DNA of 64,000 nt. Source: Rhynchopus sp. YZ270_cl-10 (Eukaryota). Below the pieces are notes generated by a model, which was given only the letters and a program-made list of their open reading frames with translations, had not been told where the DNA came from and searched no databases. Shown here one piece after another: positions 33,600-46,026 of this stretch; position 1 is the first letter of the stretch; every line of letters starts with the position of its first letter. The translations under genes and the position numbers were made by a program. The stretch covers positions 620,001 through 684,000 of the forward strand of contig OZ037845.1 in NCBI GenBank assembly GCA_964035575.1, given 5' to 3'.

Positions 33600-34434
33600 G
33601 CTTTATTTCTTTGTATTTCTGGAGTATTTTTGATAGTGGGAGGGGCAAATGAAAACAGCTTTTTAAAAAGTGGGGATATGGGGATGTAAAGGGTTGTTCC
33701 CCTTTTGCTGGAACCAAAAGAAAGTTGAAATACAAAGCCCTCTCGTGAACAGAGTACCTTGGCTTGGTACAATGACCGGGTGTACCGGGGGGTGGACACC
33801 CAACCATGCAGTCCTACTAATCCATTTCGTGGTTTACATCTGATATGTGCTTCTCCCGCTTTCACTCATCAGTCAGATGAACGGGGATCATTGCAAACAT
33901 AGGGAGAACAGTTTGTAAGATTCGCCTTGTGATTAGTTACATTGATTTTGTATTCGCTGTAAGAAAAAGAAGAGAGTTGCCAAAGGGGAAGGTGGGAGGA
34001 ATTTTTCGGGTAAATCGCTTCGTGGGGGAGGGAGGTTTTTAAAAAAGTACATCCGATTTTGTTGTGTCAAAGTGTTATTTTTTCATTGCAATATAAAAAA
34101 GGGCTAGCTGTCATTTTTGGCCGCAACGTTGAACACAAAAAAAAGAAGAAGTTAAAAGTGCAAATACTTCACCTCGTCGGATGCATGCGCTGGAAAAAAA
34201 AGAACGTTTATAACGTATAGTTATGGTATGAGGCAAAACGCACCTGATGGGGATAGTTACCACTCTGTGCAAATTCCTCTCTCCAACACATCTCTACTCA
34301 CTTTTTTTTTAAATCCTCAAAATCGCTCCTTTTTCTCTCAAAAGTTAGAATTGGTTATTTTTACGTTATTTTTTGTTTTTTGTCCCCACCCTCCACCCTC
34401 CAGACCACCCCCTTTTTTCCAACAATCCCCTCCA

Positions 34435-36294
34435 TCAAATTGTCAAGACAGCAGTACTGCCTACTATACCATTCCAGACCACGATGTTATTAACCGGAAC
34501 ACGTTGCGAGGTGACAAGCTTAATGACCTCCTGTGAGGCCACACCCCCAAGCACAGCGGCGGTGGTGTGGATCTCTGTGTACCCACCACGCACCCACTCT
34601 GCGACCCAGTCGTCCGGGATGATGTCTTCAGAAGACAACATCCTTTTTGCGATGCGAGCCACGTCTGCCACATCCTTCTGCAGGTCGTCTCCGGTACCAG
34701 GCATCCTACGCGTCTCTTCGAAGAACGCCTTTGATGCGATGTGCAGTGCTACCCACGCAGCGTCTGGGTTGCCTTCGTGTACCTGCTTGACAACTGCCTG
34801 CAGATGTGCTTGAAGTTGTTCTTCGCCATGAATCCGTGGGTGTGTTATTACACGCAGACTTCTTGCGTTCCTGCAAAACTTCATCGCAAGATCATCAGAT
34901 ACACTGCCCTCATGGCCCTCCCGCCGCATCGTCTGCACCGCATGCGCCTTTACCCAATCGCGGTTACGCAGTGCTTCTCCACGATACACATTGCGTAGGG
35001 TAGTGTACCGCTCTGTCGTGGATGTCATGTCTGGTATCGTTCCGCAGTGTGGCAGGACCCCAAAGCGCTGTGAAGGGTGAAGGGTTGAATGGTTGAGGGT
35101 TATAAGAGCGTGGGGTGGGTTGGAATGCATTTTTGCATTTTTCTTGGTTGAGGACAAGGGGGGGAATACCTCAACAAACGCCTTGAGTGCTGCAAGAAGG
35201 TGCCAGAAGACGTCAGAGTCGCTTGAAGGATGCTCGCAGAGGGGGTGTGTGAAGAGCTGTTTTGTGGTGTTGTTTGGATGTGAGGATTTCGATACCATGG
35301 TACCATATTACCATTGCATCACTCAATCTGAGACGAAATGCTCTTTGTTTGTGTAGCTCAAGCATACCTCTTTCAGCGCCCCCGGAACAGCCTGCGGGAG
35401 GAATGTGTTGAGATGCTCCAACGCCTCAGATATGTTCACCTCATCCTCCTTTGCCACTTCCTTCGGCAGCCGCATGCCCTGCAGCACCTCCTTGATCTGC
35501 TTGCGCTGTTTATACTCCGTAGGCACCACACTAATAGCCTCACACTCCACTGACCGTGCTGCCGTCTGCGGCTCAAATGCAACACCTTTCTGTTGTGCTT
35601 GCCACCTCAGGGTCGCTTTGTGCGCAAACACCACCCACGGTACATGAGAATGCTCATGAGAGTCAGTAAGCGCCTCTACATCAACCGAATCGAAGTAGCT
35701 TTTCAACTCTGGGAATGGATTGACAACACGAAGGTCAGGCACTTCAGCGTCGGGGTATCCTTCTATGACAGTATGCACACCACCTGCTTGCAGAGTGAGG
35801 AGGCCGATTAGACCGTTCGTTTCGAGGACACAGAGATGAACGTTATGGGTGGTACACTGTTCGGAGATGGTTTGGATGGCAGAGTCGGGAAGGCCGCATG
35901 CGATGACACAGTGAACGTTCTCGTCGCGGAGGAAGGCGGGACGGTCTGCAAAGAGCTGTTCAGGGTTGGCATCGATGGTCTCGGCCTTGACGTTGGCAGG
36001 GTTCATCTCAAGGAGAAGCTCTGCCACTACCTTGGCCCGAGGCTGTCCCAACGCCTCGTGTGATACGAAGAAGTTGCGGCCCAGATCCCCTTCGTCCACC
36101 ACCCCACCGTCCACGACAGTGATGCGTCCGATGCCCGGCAGCACCAAGTTCTTCAAGGCTTCGGTGCCCGCAGCAGTGGCACCGCAGAGGCAGACATGTG
36201 CGTCCTCAAGCGCCTTCTGCCCATCCGCACCCCACAACCGCATCCCCCGGTCATACCTAGCCTCCTTTTCGGTGGGTTTTTCAAGAATTCCCAT
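34435..36294 (-). CDS. NAE1: NEDD8-activating enzyme E1 regulatory subunit (APPBP1/ULA1); exons 36294-35368, 35256-35170, 35067-34435
   Basis: RYDRGMRLWG, EALKNLVLPGIG, HSHVPW, GTIPDMTSTT, GGVASQEVIKLVT; two phase-0 GT..AG introns. Confidence 0.9.
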
Positions 36295-36398
36295 TGTGTA
36301 TTGTGTTTCTTTTTTTCTGTGAAGTTTGAGGAAAGATAGGGTTAGAGTGGTTATTTGCGTGGAAGGGGGATGGGGAAAGATACTAAAGTAAGGGGGGT

Positions 36399-36520
36399 GT
36401 TCGTAAATATGTTGGTCCGGAAAATAGTGCAGGAATAGCTTGGGTTGTATCAAATTTTGGTAATTTTGGTGGCTTTTCAGGGCAAGTTAGGACCAAATAC
36501 GTCCCAACATATTTACGAAC
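36399..36520. mobile_element. Possible tiny MITE (122 bp)
   Basis: Perfect 17-bp inverted repeat gttcgtaaatatgttgg / ccaacatatttacgaac flanked by ggggt on both sides. Confidence 0.5.
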
Positions 36521-37490
36521 GGGGTGTCGGCTTTTTGGTTTAATTATGTTTTCTTCTGCTGAGGATGTGGTCCTGACAAAAACCTGTGGGAGGCTTTACG
36601 TTAATTTCAGGCCCGCCTTTCCCTCTTTTTGCAAAGTGCAAACAAAGGGAAAAGGAGAGAGTACACACAAAAAAATCCTAAAGACAGAGAGAAGATCATG
36701 CCAGACATCACACAGAGCAACGGCAAACTTGGTGCGCATTGTCGGTGTGGTGTGTTTGCACGTGGGGCGGGGGAGGAAAGGGAAAAGGAAAATAAAAAGG
36801 AATAAAACTTGAAAGATGAATGTGCTTTTCGTGCACACACATCTTTAACTCAAAAGAAAAGCAAATAATTGATTGTTTATAGAGCGCAGCCCAAAACACA
36901 CATTCCGCACCGTACAGGCACAGCTTCCCCTCTCTGTCTCTGTCCCCCGCACGATCAAGTCAACGTTCCAGTCCACACCTTGCAGGTGTGGTAGTGAAGT
37001 TGCGCACAGGGGATGATAGTTTTAAGGATGGAAGCACCGCAGACGAGGTGGTGTCTGCAGGGAAAGGGTCCTGGACAAACATGACAAAAGAAGGACACAA
37101 AAAGGGGACACAACAATGCGAACATGGAAAATAGAAAAAGTGACATAACCGAAAAATGTGCGTTTCAAAACAACAACGTGGCCCTCAAAAAGAGGGAAAT
37201 CGTCAGGTGAAAAAAAAAAAGCAGCTGCAAAGTTGTTACTGCGAATGAGGAAGACGCAAGACAGGAGAAGAAGGATCTCATGTGTGCTGGCAGCCTCGCT
37301 TTGTCACATCCACAAAAAAGCAACTGCTAATATAAAAGCCCGAAAAAAACGAGAACACGTTGTAAAAACGACACGATGCGAATATTTTAAAGTAGAGAAA
37401 AGGGAAAAGGGAAAACTTGAAAAACTAGCATATGATCCCACCTGCAAAGAAAAAGTGCAGCCAAGAAAACATTTGTAAGCTGAGCACTGT

Positions 37491-37608
37491 CACAGTCACA
37501 GTCACAGTCACAGTCACAGTCACAGTCACAGTCACAGTCACAGTCACAGTCACAGTCACAGTCACAGTCACAGTCACAGTCACAGTCACAGTCACAGCCA
37601 CAGCCACA
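37491..37608. repeat. (CACAGT)n microsatellite abutting the stop codon of the Cys-rich gene
   Basis: Direct inspection. Confidence 0.95.
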
Positions 37609-37609
37609 C

Positions 37610-39085
37610 TCAGATGCACTGTCCACGGCCCTCGCTGTCCAGCATGCAGCGCTTCTGGTCACCGCAGTCCATGAGCACACACTGGTTGAACACACAGCAG
37701 CTGGCGCCGTCAGATCCCGCAACGCACACGTGGTCACGCGCAGTGCAGCCGGTGGAGGCTGTGCACGACGCCTTGTCTCCGCACATGGCCTGCTTCCTGC
37801 AGATCACGTCCTCGCAGCAGCCATCCTGCTTCTGGTCAGTCACCTCCACACAGGCGCTGGTGCTTCCCGTGAGCAGTGCCAGCAGCATGTCGATTCTGCA
37901 GATGAGTGCGTCTGTGCCCTCAACAGCGCCGTAGCCGGCAGGGCAGGAAAGCGGGGCGGGGCAGCAGGGCTCCTCGTCACGCACACAGCACTTCTGGCAC
38001 CTTGGGCCCTGGCAGGTAGGGTCAACGGTGCAGGTGTAGCCAGGCTTGCAGGCGTCAAAGCCTGTGCCACAGGTGGGGCCCTGTGCGGAGCAGAAGGAGG
38101 GGGTCGGCGGGGTCGGGGGGGTCTCCTTCACACAGGTTCCAGGTGCGTCGCACGTCGGCTCCGAGCACTGGCAGGTGAGTCCCGAAGCGCACCTGTTGTA
38201 GAAGCAGGGCAGAGTGAAGCCGCCACAGCCCGCACCCTCAGGCTGGTAGTCAACACATTCCTTTGTTGTGAGGCATGCGAACTGGTCGGGCGAGGAGGTG
38301 TCACGTGTGGTGCGGCAGAACTGCGTGCTCGGGCAGTCGGCGTTCGTGTCGCAGCCGTTCACAACAGTAGGGGCCGGAGGGGCAGTCTCCTTCACACAGG
38401 TTCCGGGTGCGTCGCACGTCGGCTCCGAGCACTGGCAGGTGAGCCCCGAAGCACACCTGTTGTAGAAGCAGGGCAGAGTGAAGCCGCCACAGCCCGCACC
38501 CTCAGGCTGGTAATCAACACACTCCTTTGTTGTGAGGCATGCGAACCGGTCGGGCGAGGAGGTGTCGCGTGTGGCGCGGCAGAACTGTGTTTTCGGGCAG
38601 TCAGCGTTCGTGTCGCAGCCGTTCACAACAGTAGGGGCCGGAGGGGCGGTCTCCTTCACACAGGTTCCGGGTGCGTCGCACGTCGGCTCCGAACACTGGC
38701 AGGTGAGCCCCGAAGCACACCTGTTGTAGAAGCAGGGCAGAGTGTAGCCGCCACAACCTGCACCCTCAGGCTGGTAGTCAACACACTCCTTTGTTGTGAG
38801 GCACGCAAAAAGGTCGGGCGAGGAGGTGTCGCGAGTGGCGCGGCAGAACTGTGTTTTCGGGCAGTCTGCGTTCGTGTCACACCCCTGCACAATCTGCCTG
38901 CACGTGATGGTGGTGCAGCACGCAGACGCTGTCGTGCACGTACCGCTCTGCAGTCCCTCTGGTGTGCACGGTGTCGCCGTCTCCACAAACCCAAGCGGGC
39001 AGGTGGGGTGCTGCAGGCAGCAGTTCACGTCTGCAGACGCGACAGACGCGAGCAGTGCTGACACGGTGATTGAGAGCATCTTCAT
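37610..39085 (-). CDS. Secreted cysteine-rich protein with three 88-aa (264-bp) repeats
   Basis: Signal peptide [16 protein letters not shown]; repeated [34 protein letters not shown] unit. Confidence 0.85.
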   Translation of the reverse strand: MKMLSITVSALLASVASADVNCCLQHPTCPLGFVETATPCTPEGLQSGTCTTASACCTTITCRQIVQGCDTNADCPKTQFCRATRDTSSPDLFACLTTKECVDYQPEGAGCGGYTLPCFYNRCASGLTCQCSEPTCDAPGTCVKETAPPAPTVVNGCDTNADCPKTQFCRATRDTSSPDRFACLTTKECVDYQPEGAGCGGFTLPCFYNRCASGLTCQCSEPTCDAPGTCVKETAPPAPTVVNGCDTNADCPSTQFCRTTRDTSSPDQFACLTTKECVDYQPEGAGCGGFTLPCFYNRCASGLTCQCSEPTCDAPGTCVKETPPTPPTPSFCSAQGPTCGTGFDACKPGYTCTVDPTCQGPRCQKCCVRDEEPCCPAPLSCPAGYGAVEGTDALICRIDMLLALLTGSTSACVEVTDQKQDGCCEDVICRKQAMCGDKASCTASTGCTARDHVCVAGSDGASCCVFNQCVLMDCGDQKRCMLDSEGRGQCI

Positions 39086-40466
39086 CTTCGAAGGGTGCTG
39101 TTTGTTTGTGTGTTGTGTGCAATGTTCCTGTCGGAATGTGGTGTGGTGTGCGAGGGGCTTGCTTTGGGGTGGTGAGGTGGTGACAAAGTAGCAAAAGGAT
39201 CGGCAACACAGGGGAGGGGGAGAAGAAGGGTATTATTTTTTGTTCTAGGGAGACAGAAGCTGCTTTTTGAAAACTATTTTGGCAAGTGAGTGTTGGGGAG
39301 GGCTATGTGTGCAAATCTCAAGATAATGCAATAAATCTTCGACGCGGTGTAGTGGTACTGCAACATCGTGCAAATTACCACATTTGTTTGAAGTCCTGGT
39401 TGTTTTTAGTGCAGACGGAACATCTCTCTGAGGATGAGCTTCCACAACAACCAAAGACCTTTCCCTTCAGTTTACCTACCCCTCTGTCGGGATGTCAAAA
39501 AAAGACATGTTTTTCACAAATGAAAAAGGACCCCGCACAAGCCCTAAAAGGTCTTCTCAAACCGGAAACAAAGAGAGAACTTAAAATATGAAGTGCTCCC
39601 CCGGATCCCACTTGAAGCAGAGACGTGAAACGTCTCGGAACAATAGAAATCCAGTTGCGAGATGAAAAGCTAAGCCTCTTCGTGATTGGCCACTCAAAAA
39701 AGGAAACAAAAACGCTTTGTTTTTTTGTAAGAGGGATGTACACATTCATCTCTCTCTCTCTGTGCACACACATAGTGAACACATATCGTAGTCTGGAATG
39801 CGATTGAAGAGATTCGTTGCATAGAAATCTTCATTGTAAAGACATCAAAAGTGAAGTTGATATGTTCAAAACGCCTCCGGGACGCAGAAGCACGGACACT
39901 CCGCAGGTTATCGAACCCCCGGAGTGTTGGTGGGAGTCGCTGACAGGGAAACTGTAAGCAGGCACACCAGCCTGACTAGGATGGGGTTAAAAAGTTTGGC
40001 CCGAAATACAACAGCCCGCTGGTGACAGTGTACCGCGGGTTTGTTGTATGCAATACATCTTCTAAAAAATGCTAATATAACTAGATTGCCATAAAAAGCA
40101 CATAAGTTTTCACATCAAACCCAAGATGCATGAACCCCTTGTGCAAGGGGGGGGTCATAATAAAGCACTACATTTGCACACATCAAAGAAAAATGAGAAA
40201 TAATCTAAAAATTGAGGCCAGGTTTTTTTTGCATTTTTTGCCCATGAGGAAAAACAAATATTTGACAAAAAAAAATACGACATGCAGAAAAGCCAGCACA
40301 TCATTGGATATCTTTGTATTAACACCCCCCCACCATGCCCAGACACCCCCCCTTTTTCACCGGCTACAGCCGCTTTCTTAATTCTATGCGTTGTTTTGTT
40401 AGGTTTTGCAACACCTTTTTCACCCCGATTTGAGACATTTTTTTAAAGGGAATTTGAACTCATTTT

Positions 40467-42081
40467 TTATCCTCCTTCGGATGGCCTAGGGCTGAACCAC
40501 TTTGCAACAAAGGAGATTGGCCCCCAACCCACACTCTCCCGCGGGGTCGCCATGGTTGGGGATAACTGCGACGCTTCGAGCCTTTCAAGGGTGTCGCTGA
40601 TAACCTCTTTGCGTCTTTGCAGTGCTTCGCTTAAGGTGTCAAGACGTTTGTCTTCCTGTTGAAGACGTTGGATTGTGGCACGTGAATCGCCTTGCTCCGT
40701 CTCTGACCTCAAACGCTCCAACCTTCGCGCCATCGAATCAGTGCTCACCTGCGGGAAGGACCCCCCAGCCATCATCACCACCTCTTCTGGTGTTAACGTA
40801 CGCTGTGGTTGCATATGTTGTTCCGGGGAATGGAACGGTGGGGGTACCGGTGTGGCTGGGGTCTTCGCCCGCCAGTCTCCCACCAGCTGTGGGCTGGATG
40901 AGAACAGACTCGCATCCCCCGGGGATTCGAACAGAGGTGCCGGGGAGGCGTTGTGCTGGTCAGGGATGCCAGCGGAGGCAGACGCGGCAGATGCGGCGAT
41001 AGGTGAGGTGATGGGGATATGTGTGCCTTCCTGCTGAGGGGAGGGTGAGTTTGTCTGTTGTGTCTGCTGTGCGGCGGATGGCGAGCAGGAGTGGGCGGAC
41101 ACAGGGCGTGCGGAGTGAACGGAAGGCGGCGCTTCTGCAGGGCTGTTGTCATGGTCGTCCTCCATCCGTTCATCGTCCCGAGGTGGTGTAGGCGGGCTGC
41201 TGTGATGTGCACTGTGCTCCGCGTGGTCCTGCACCTGAGGCTGTGTATCTGAAGGTGCATGGTCGTGTGTGTCAGAAGCAAGCGTGTCGCCCACATCTGT
41301 TGCATCAAACGCTTCGGCATCGTCGCCGTCATCCATGCGTACGTCGTCCTCGATGGGCGCTTCGTCCCACACCAAGACGTCGACACCACCACGTGGTGGT
41401 GTAGTGTCGTGGCTGCGTCTTTCCTGTTGGCATGAAAGGGATAGGGTGAGGTCACAACATATGAATACATACCTCCGCTGCCTGCAGCATCATCCCGGAT
41501 TTGCGTGCAGTGTTGCCGTCTGTGATGCCGTCGGGGTACGTTGCTGGCTCGGGGGTGGGGGTGGGGGTGCCCTTTGGTAGTGGACGCAACGGTGTGATGG
41601 AGCTGGACATGCGTGGCAGGGGTGGTGCAGGCGACGTTGCGACGGCAGACGCGACGGCAGAGGTGACGGATGTGGTGACACGCGGACTGCCCCTGGGGCT
41701 TGCACGCGCCTTGCGTTCCAAGGCAAGGAGTGAGGCCTGTATCTCACCCTGCCTGGTTGCGTGCTGGTTGGCAAGGAGCGCCTTCATCTGGTCCCGCTTC
41801 TTGTTGAGGAGCACCTTTCTGTCTGCAGGCGCTGATGTTCGTGGTGCACGAGGCCGCTCTCCAGGTGAAAGTGCTTGGGTGGGGACAAAGGTGACAGGCC
41901 GCACAGTGGACACATCGTCATCATCGACGTACATATCGTCATCGCGTGTCTGCAGCAGCTTCCTCCTCCGCTTGCGTCCGCCGGTGCTCGGAACTATGTC
42001 GGCGCGGCTCACTGATGGTGACTGCTCCTCGCTCTCGTCGTCGCTCTCTCCAAGGATGCGCTTCCTTGGGCGGGACGGCAT
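40467..42081 (-). CDS. Hypothetical low-complexity/coiled-coil protein; exons 42081-41473 and 41423-40467
   Basis: Two ORFs joined in frame by a 49-nt GTATGT..CAG intron; NLS-like RKRRRK. Confidence 0.65.
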
Positions 42082-42176
42082 TTGTGTAATAGTCCTGAAG
42101 TGTGTGTGTGGAATGGGTTCGAGCAGGATTGAAAAAAGGTAGTGCGAGAGAGGCACTGTGTGAGGCAGAAGAGAGA

Positions 42177-42263
42177 TCAGAGGTGTCCTAAGGTATTGTA
42201 AAGCCTATTCGGGCATCGCTCGTGGAGCTCCGACTGGGGCGGCATATCAGTGATTTTCATCAC
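42177..42263 (-). ncRNA. Dual-guide box C/D snoRNA (LSU P-loop Gm and AGGUGUCC Gm), copy 1
   Basis: C GTGATGA, D' CGGA, C' GCGATGC, D CTGA; guides tgccgccccagt and ccttaggacacct are complementary to conserved LSU ACUGGGGCGGCA and AGGUGUCCUAAGG. Confidence 0.88.
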
Positions 42264-42920
42264 TTCCGAAGCTGCAGTTGTGTGTTGCATGCGGTGTGAT
42301 ATGATGTAGTTTGTGTGCACAGGTTGCATTGCGGTGACAAACTGCACAGCAGGGGCCTGAACGGGATGGGATGCTGTGAAGAATACAAGAAAGCGTCATG
42401 TCTTTATTTTATCGATTTTTTTGCACATTATTTTCTGGTTGGTTCGGGCGTGCCATTTTCATTGGTATGTTGCAGAGAAAGGCAAAGCTCACAGAAAAGC
42501 GAGCAACTGCACAGTCGCTGTTGACACACACGACAGACATGCCCGGTCACCTCCTTGTGCAGAAACCACAAACCATGTCGAGGTTAGCAGGGTGGGGAGA
42601 GGGGAAACGTGACAGCACTTCATATTGGGTGCCACATCACGTTACCTTCCTTTCCGTTCCCACTGCTGATCCTCGAAACAAACAAACAAACAAACAAAGA
42701 CGAATGGACCACACTTGGACTTGGGGCCACACACGTCTGATCAAAAGAGTTGAAAAAAAGTGAAAAACGCAGACAAAAGTGGAGTTAGGGCGGAGATAGA
42801 AACGAGAGAAAAAAGCCCAACACTGTCGGGATGTTTTGTTGAAAAGAGAGTAGCGGGATAATGCCCCAAAAGACAAGAAAAATGAAGTGAAATTCCAGTC
42901 TGAGCACCCTTGTTACCTTC

Positions 42921-43625
42921 TTACTTCTGGGCAGCAGCAGCAGCAGCAGCCTTCTTGGCCTCAATAGCAGCCTTGATTCCTGCTGCATTCTTCAACCACT
43001 CACCAGACTTCTGGAAGTTTGCACTGTAGCCCTCAACAGACTTCAACCGCTCAATGTAGGCAAGGATGGACGGGTATCCCTCCAGCAGGTTCTTCCCAAT
43101 TTTCCCCTGCACAAGGAGGAGCTGGTCCACCTCAGGTGCGAACAGGAAGTCCGCAATCGAGATGTCGTCCCCAGCCACGAAGTTCTGCTTCGAGAGGAGG
43201 GTGTCGTACAGCTGCAGGGTCGGGGTGACCTTCTCGATGCCTGCCTTGAGCAGGGCGGGGAACTCCTCGGCAGACGCAAAGAAGCAGTGGGTCACAACCT
43301 CGCCACTGATCTTGCGCACTCTGGCCAGGTTCCGTGCCACAAACTGCATCACCTTCGCCTGCTGCTTCTTGTCCTTCGGCACAATGGCGTGTCCCTCAGC
43401 AAGGTACTGCAGGATCGCAGCACTCTCCTCCAGGAAGAAGTCGCCCTCCTCGTACGACGGGATCTGGCCGGCAGGGAACTTCGCAACGTAGTCGGGGTGC
43501 TTCTGCTCCCCCTTCAGCATCTCAACCGTGCGCAGCTCAACATCAGACTTCGCGTAGGCAGCAAACCACGAAACAGAGCGGCAAGGCTGCGAGAAGTCGT
43601 GCGAGTTCAGGATTCCGGTCGGCAT
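42921..43625 (-). CDS. Glutathione S-transferase, theta-like
   Basis: SQPCRSV, GQIP, ESAAILQYL, SIAD motifs. Confidence 0.9.
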   Translation of the reverse strand: MPTGILNSHDFSQPCRSVSWFAAYAKSDVELRTVEMLKGEQKHPDYVAKFPAGQIPSYEEGDFFLEESAAILQYLAEGHAIVPKDKKQQAKVMQFVARNLARVRKISGEVVTHCFFASAEEFPALLKAGIEKVTPTLQLYDTLLSKQNFVAGDDISIADFLFAPEVDQLLLVQGKIGKNLLEGYPSILAYIERLKSVEGYSANFQKSGEWLKNAAGIKAAIEAKKAAAAAAAQK

Positions 43626-45690
43626 CTTGGGTGGTTTTGGTGTTTTGTTGGTTGTTGTGTGAAGGTAATATCTGTGTGTGGTGGCGAATTAAAACTGCAC
43701 TGCGTGTCAGTGTTGGAATGGGATGGGGTACTGCGAAGAACATCAAGGAATGAGGGAGAGAGAAGAAAAACAAGGATGATGGGTTTTGTTCGTTTATCAG
43801 ATCGTGTTCTACGTACCTTGTGGGGCTCACAGCAATCCCGGTACTAGAAATGTCCAAAAATAAAATAAAATGGGAATCATGCAGACGCCTTTTGGATACA
43901 GGCACATGCAAAAAAAGAATAGAATGTTTGAAAAAGATGACAAAAGCCTCTCGTGCTCAGTCACTTTCAACAGACGTTGTCAGAAAAAGAAAGAAACAGG
44001 TAAAAGAAACCACAAAGATGAGTGTTGCTTGTGCATGCATCTCCATCTTCACATCGAACATGAATGGAACTCACGTTCACACACATTGTCGATAAAGGTA
44101 GAAAATAAGATATCCTCTGAACCAGGTACAGGATGGGCATCTAAGAAGATACGTATCCGCAACCTGCACCATGCGACTGGTCCACAGAACGTTAGAAAAC
44201 AGGGTAGAGAAGAAGGGGCAGAAGGTGTGCAGGGGCACACACCATCAGATCTTGGGAGGAAGCTAAAAGAATGACAACTTGAAACAGGATATGTGTCCAG
44301 AACATCAAGAAATCGGGGAAAATGGGAAATGGGGAGCAAACTAAAAAGGGGTGCTGGGATATTTACGAACAGGAGCAGAGAGAAGCGTGCCGCCATCCAG
44401 TGTGTCTCGTGGACATATAATGTCGGCGTACTTCTCAAGCAGCTCTTCGCAAAAACGTGACTCCTCCGCACAAGCTCAGGGCTCGTGTTGCTGTAGTACT
44501 ATTTGCAGCGATGGTCTACATGAAGACAAATTGAGACAGCGGGCATCTCAGAAGGCATACAAGACCACAGCCAATTGCAATAAGTACATCAATACGCACT
44601 CTGCTCAGTGCGTTGCGACACATCAATGTGCAATACCGAAAAACACAAGAAAAGAGAGATGTGCACGAAGGAAGCCACTCAACTGGTTAACATTGCAAAC
44701 CAGTTGACCCATAAATAATGATAGTATTCTTTCAAAAAAGCAATAGAAACAGGTGAGGGAACGCAAAAGCTTTTCTCAAAGCCCAGGTCCAGGTCCTGGG
44801 TATGACCTAAAACTGCATCCAGTCGTGGAGGTGTGTTCCTAGTAGGTAGGGGGGGGCTCTATGATGGGATTCCTTTGACCGCGCGAAGGCCTTGTGCCGG
44901 GGACGTATGGGGGGATGAACTAGAGCCCTGCGACCGCCCGTGGGACAATACCTTTGGGGGGGATACATGAGCGACCCCGAGGTGGGCTCTAAGAGCACTC
45001 CTTACCCATAACGCACAGCTCCGTCGATGAGTAGGTATGGTAAGGGATTAACGTACCCAAAGTCGGCGCTCTCAAGACCCTATGGCGGACCCCGTTCGGC
45101 TTTGGCCTGGGGACGGGCACGGTGAAGGTGTGCCTATTACGGTAGGGGTGCCTGAATCGGAGAGCCGCCACCTAAGAACATGATGAAAATAATATATTCA
45201 AGCTTGTCTTCTGGCCACTGCACACTTTTGTGTACGCGAATTGACGTCATGATTGACACCACCCACATAAAAACACTTTGTTATTTACATCCGATTCCAC
45301 GGAAACGTCCTGGGCTGGACGTTAAATTGCATCCGGGGGCCCTTTTGTGGCACTCCTCCTGAAACTCTATGAAGGTCTGACCTGAGGGTAAAAGGTGCTG
45401 GGTATGCTACCCTGGGTGCTGAAGGCAGGCACACAACATGTGTGGAGGGACCTGCAGAGCCCTAGCCAGTGAAGCCAAGGAGGCCCCCCTAGGAAACTAG
45501 GGAACGGATTGGAAGAGACCTCGCCGGTAGCCGGGAACCCTCCCTGGGCTAGTACAATGATGAAACTTCAATCTAAAGTCCACACCCATGTGGCGGCCGC
45601 TTTGGCATGCGTCTGTAAGGACAGCCTTGACTGATACTTTCTGTATTAGCACACGATTGCCTCCCTGAAGGCTACGTAGCTACCTGAGTA

Positions 45691-45725
<35 letters not shown>

Positions 45726-46026
45726 CCCTGTGTGCAGAATGCATCACAGGGTTTGAAATAGAAAAGAGTTGGCAAAAAGAAAAAAAACCCTCGATCCCGT
45801 GTACCCTGCAAATAGGCAAGGTGTGACAAAAAGTAAAACAGACGCTGTGCACATGGCTACAGCGCCAAAGTAGTGAAACTAATAAAAGTTATACGATGCC
45901 GAGGCTCGTGTTCTTAGTCAGATCGACAAAACAAACAAGATAACTTCAGTACGTAAATGTGACGACAACATTCACATCCACCCATTCACCGAATGCACCA
46001 GCATCATCCTTTCACGACGAAAACGC

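Noticed and set aside
33838..33880. Hammerhead ribozyme (CUGAUGA..GAAA) on the minus strand
   Set aside because: No room for stem II, stem III does not close on UH, and GAAA is lost in other copies
33875..33897. RNase MRP 3' motif or U3 box A resemblance (acggggatcatt)
   Set aside because: No matching GAAAGUCCCC partner or other U3 boxes found
37387..37737. CD- and TV-repeat ORFs
   Set aside because: Translations of the CACAGT microsatellite
42181..42244. rRNA gene fragments on the plus strand
   Set aside because: Only 12-14-nt matches, explained as complements of snoRNA guides
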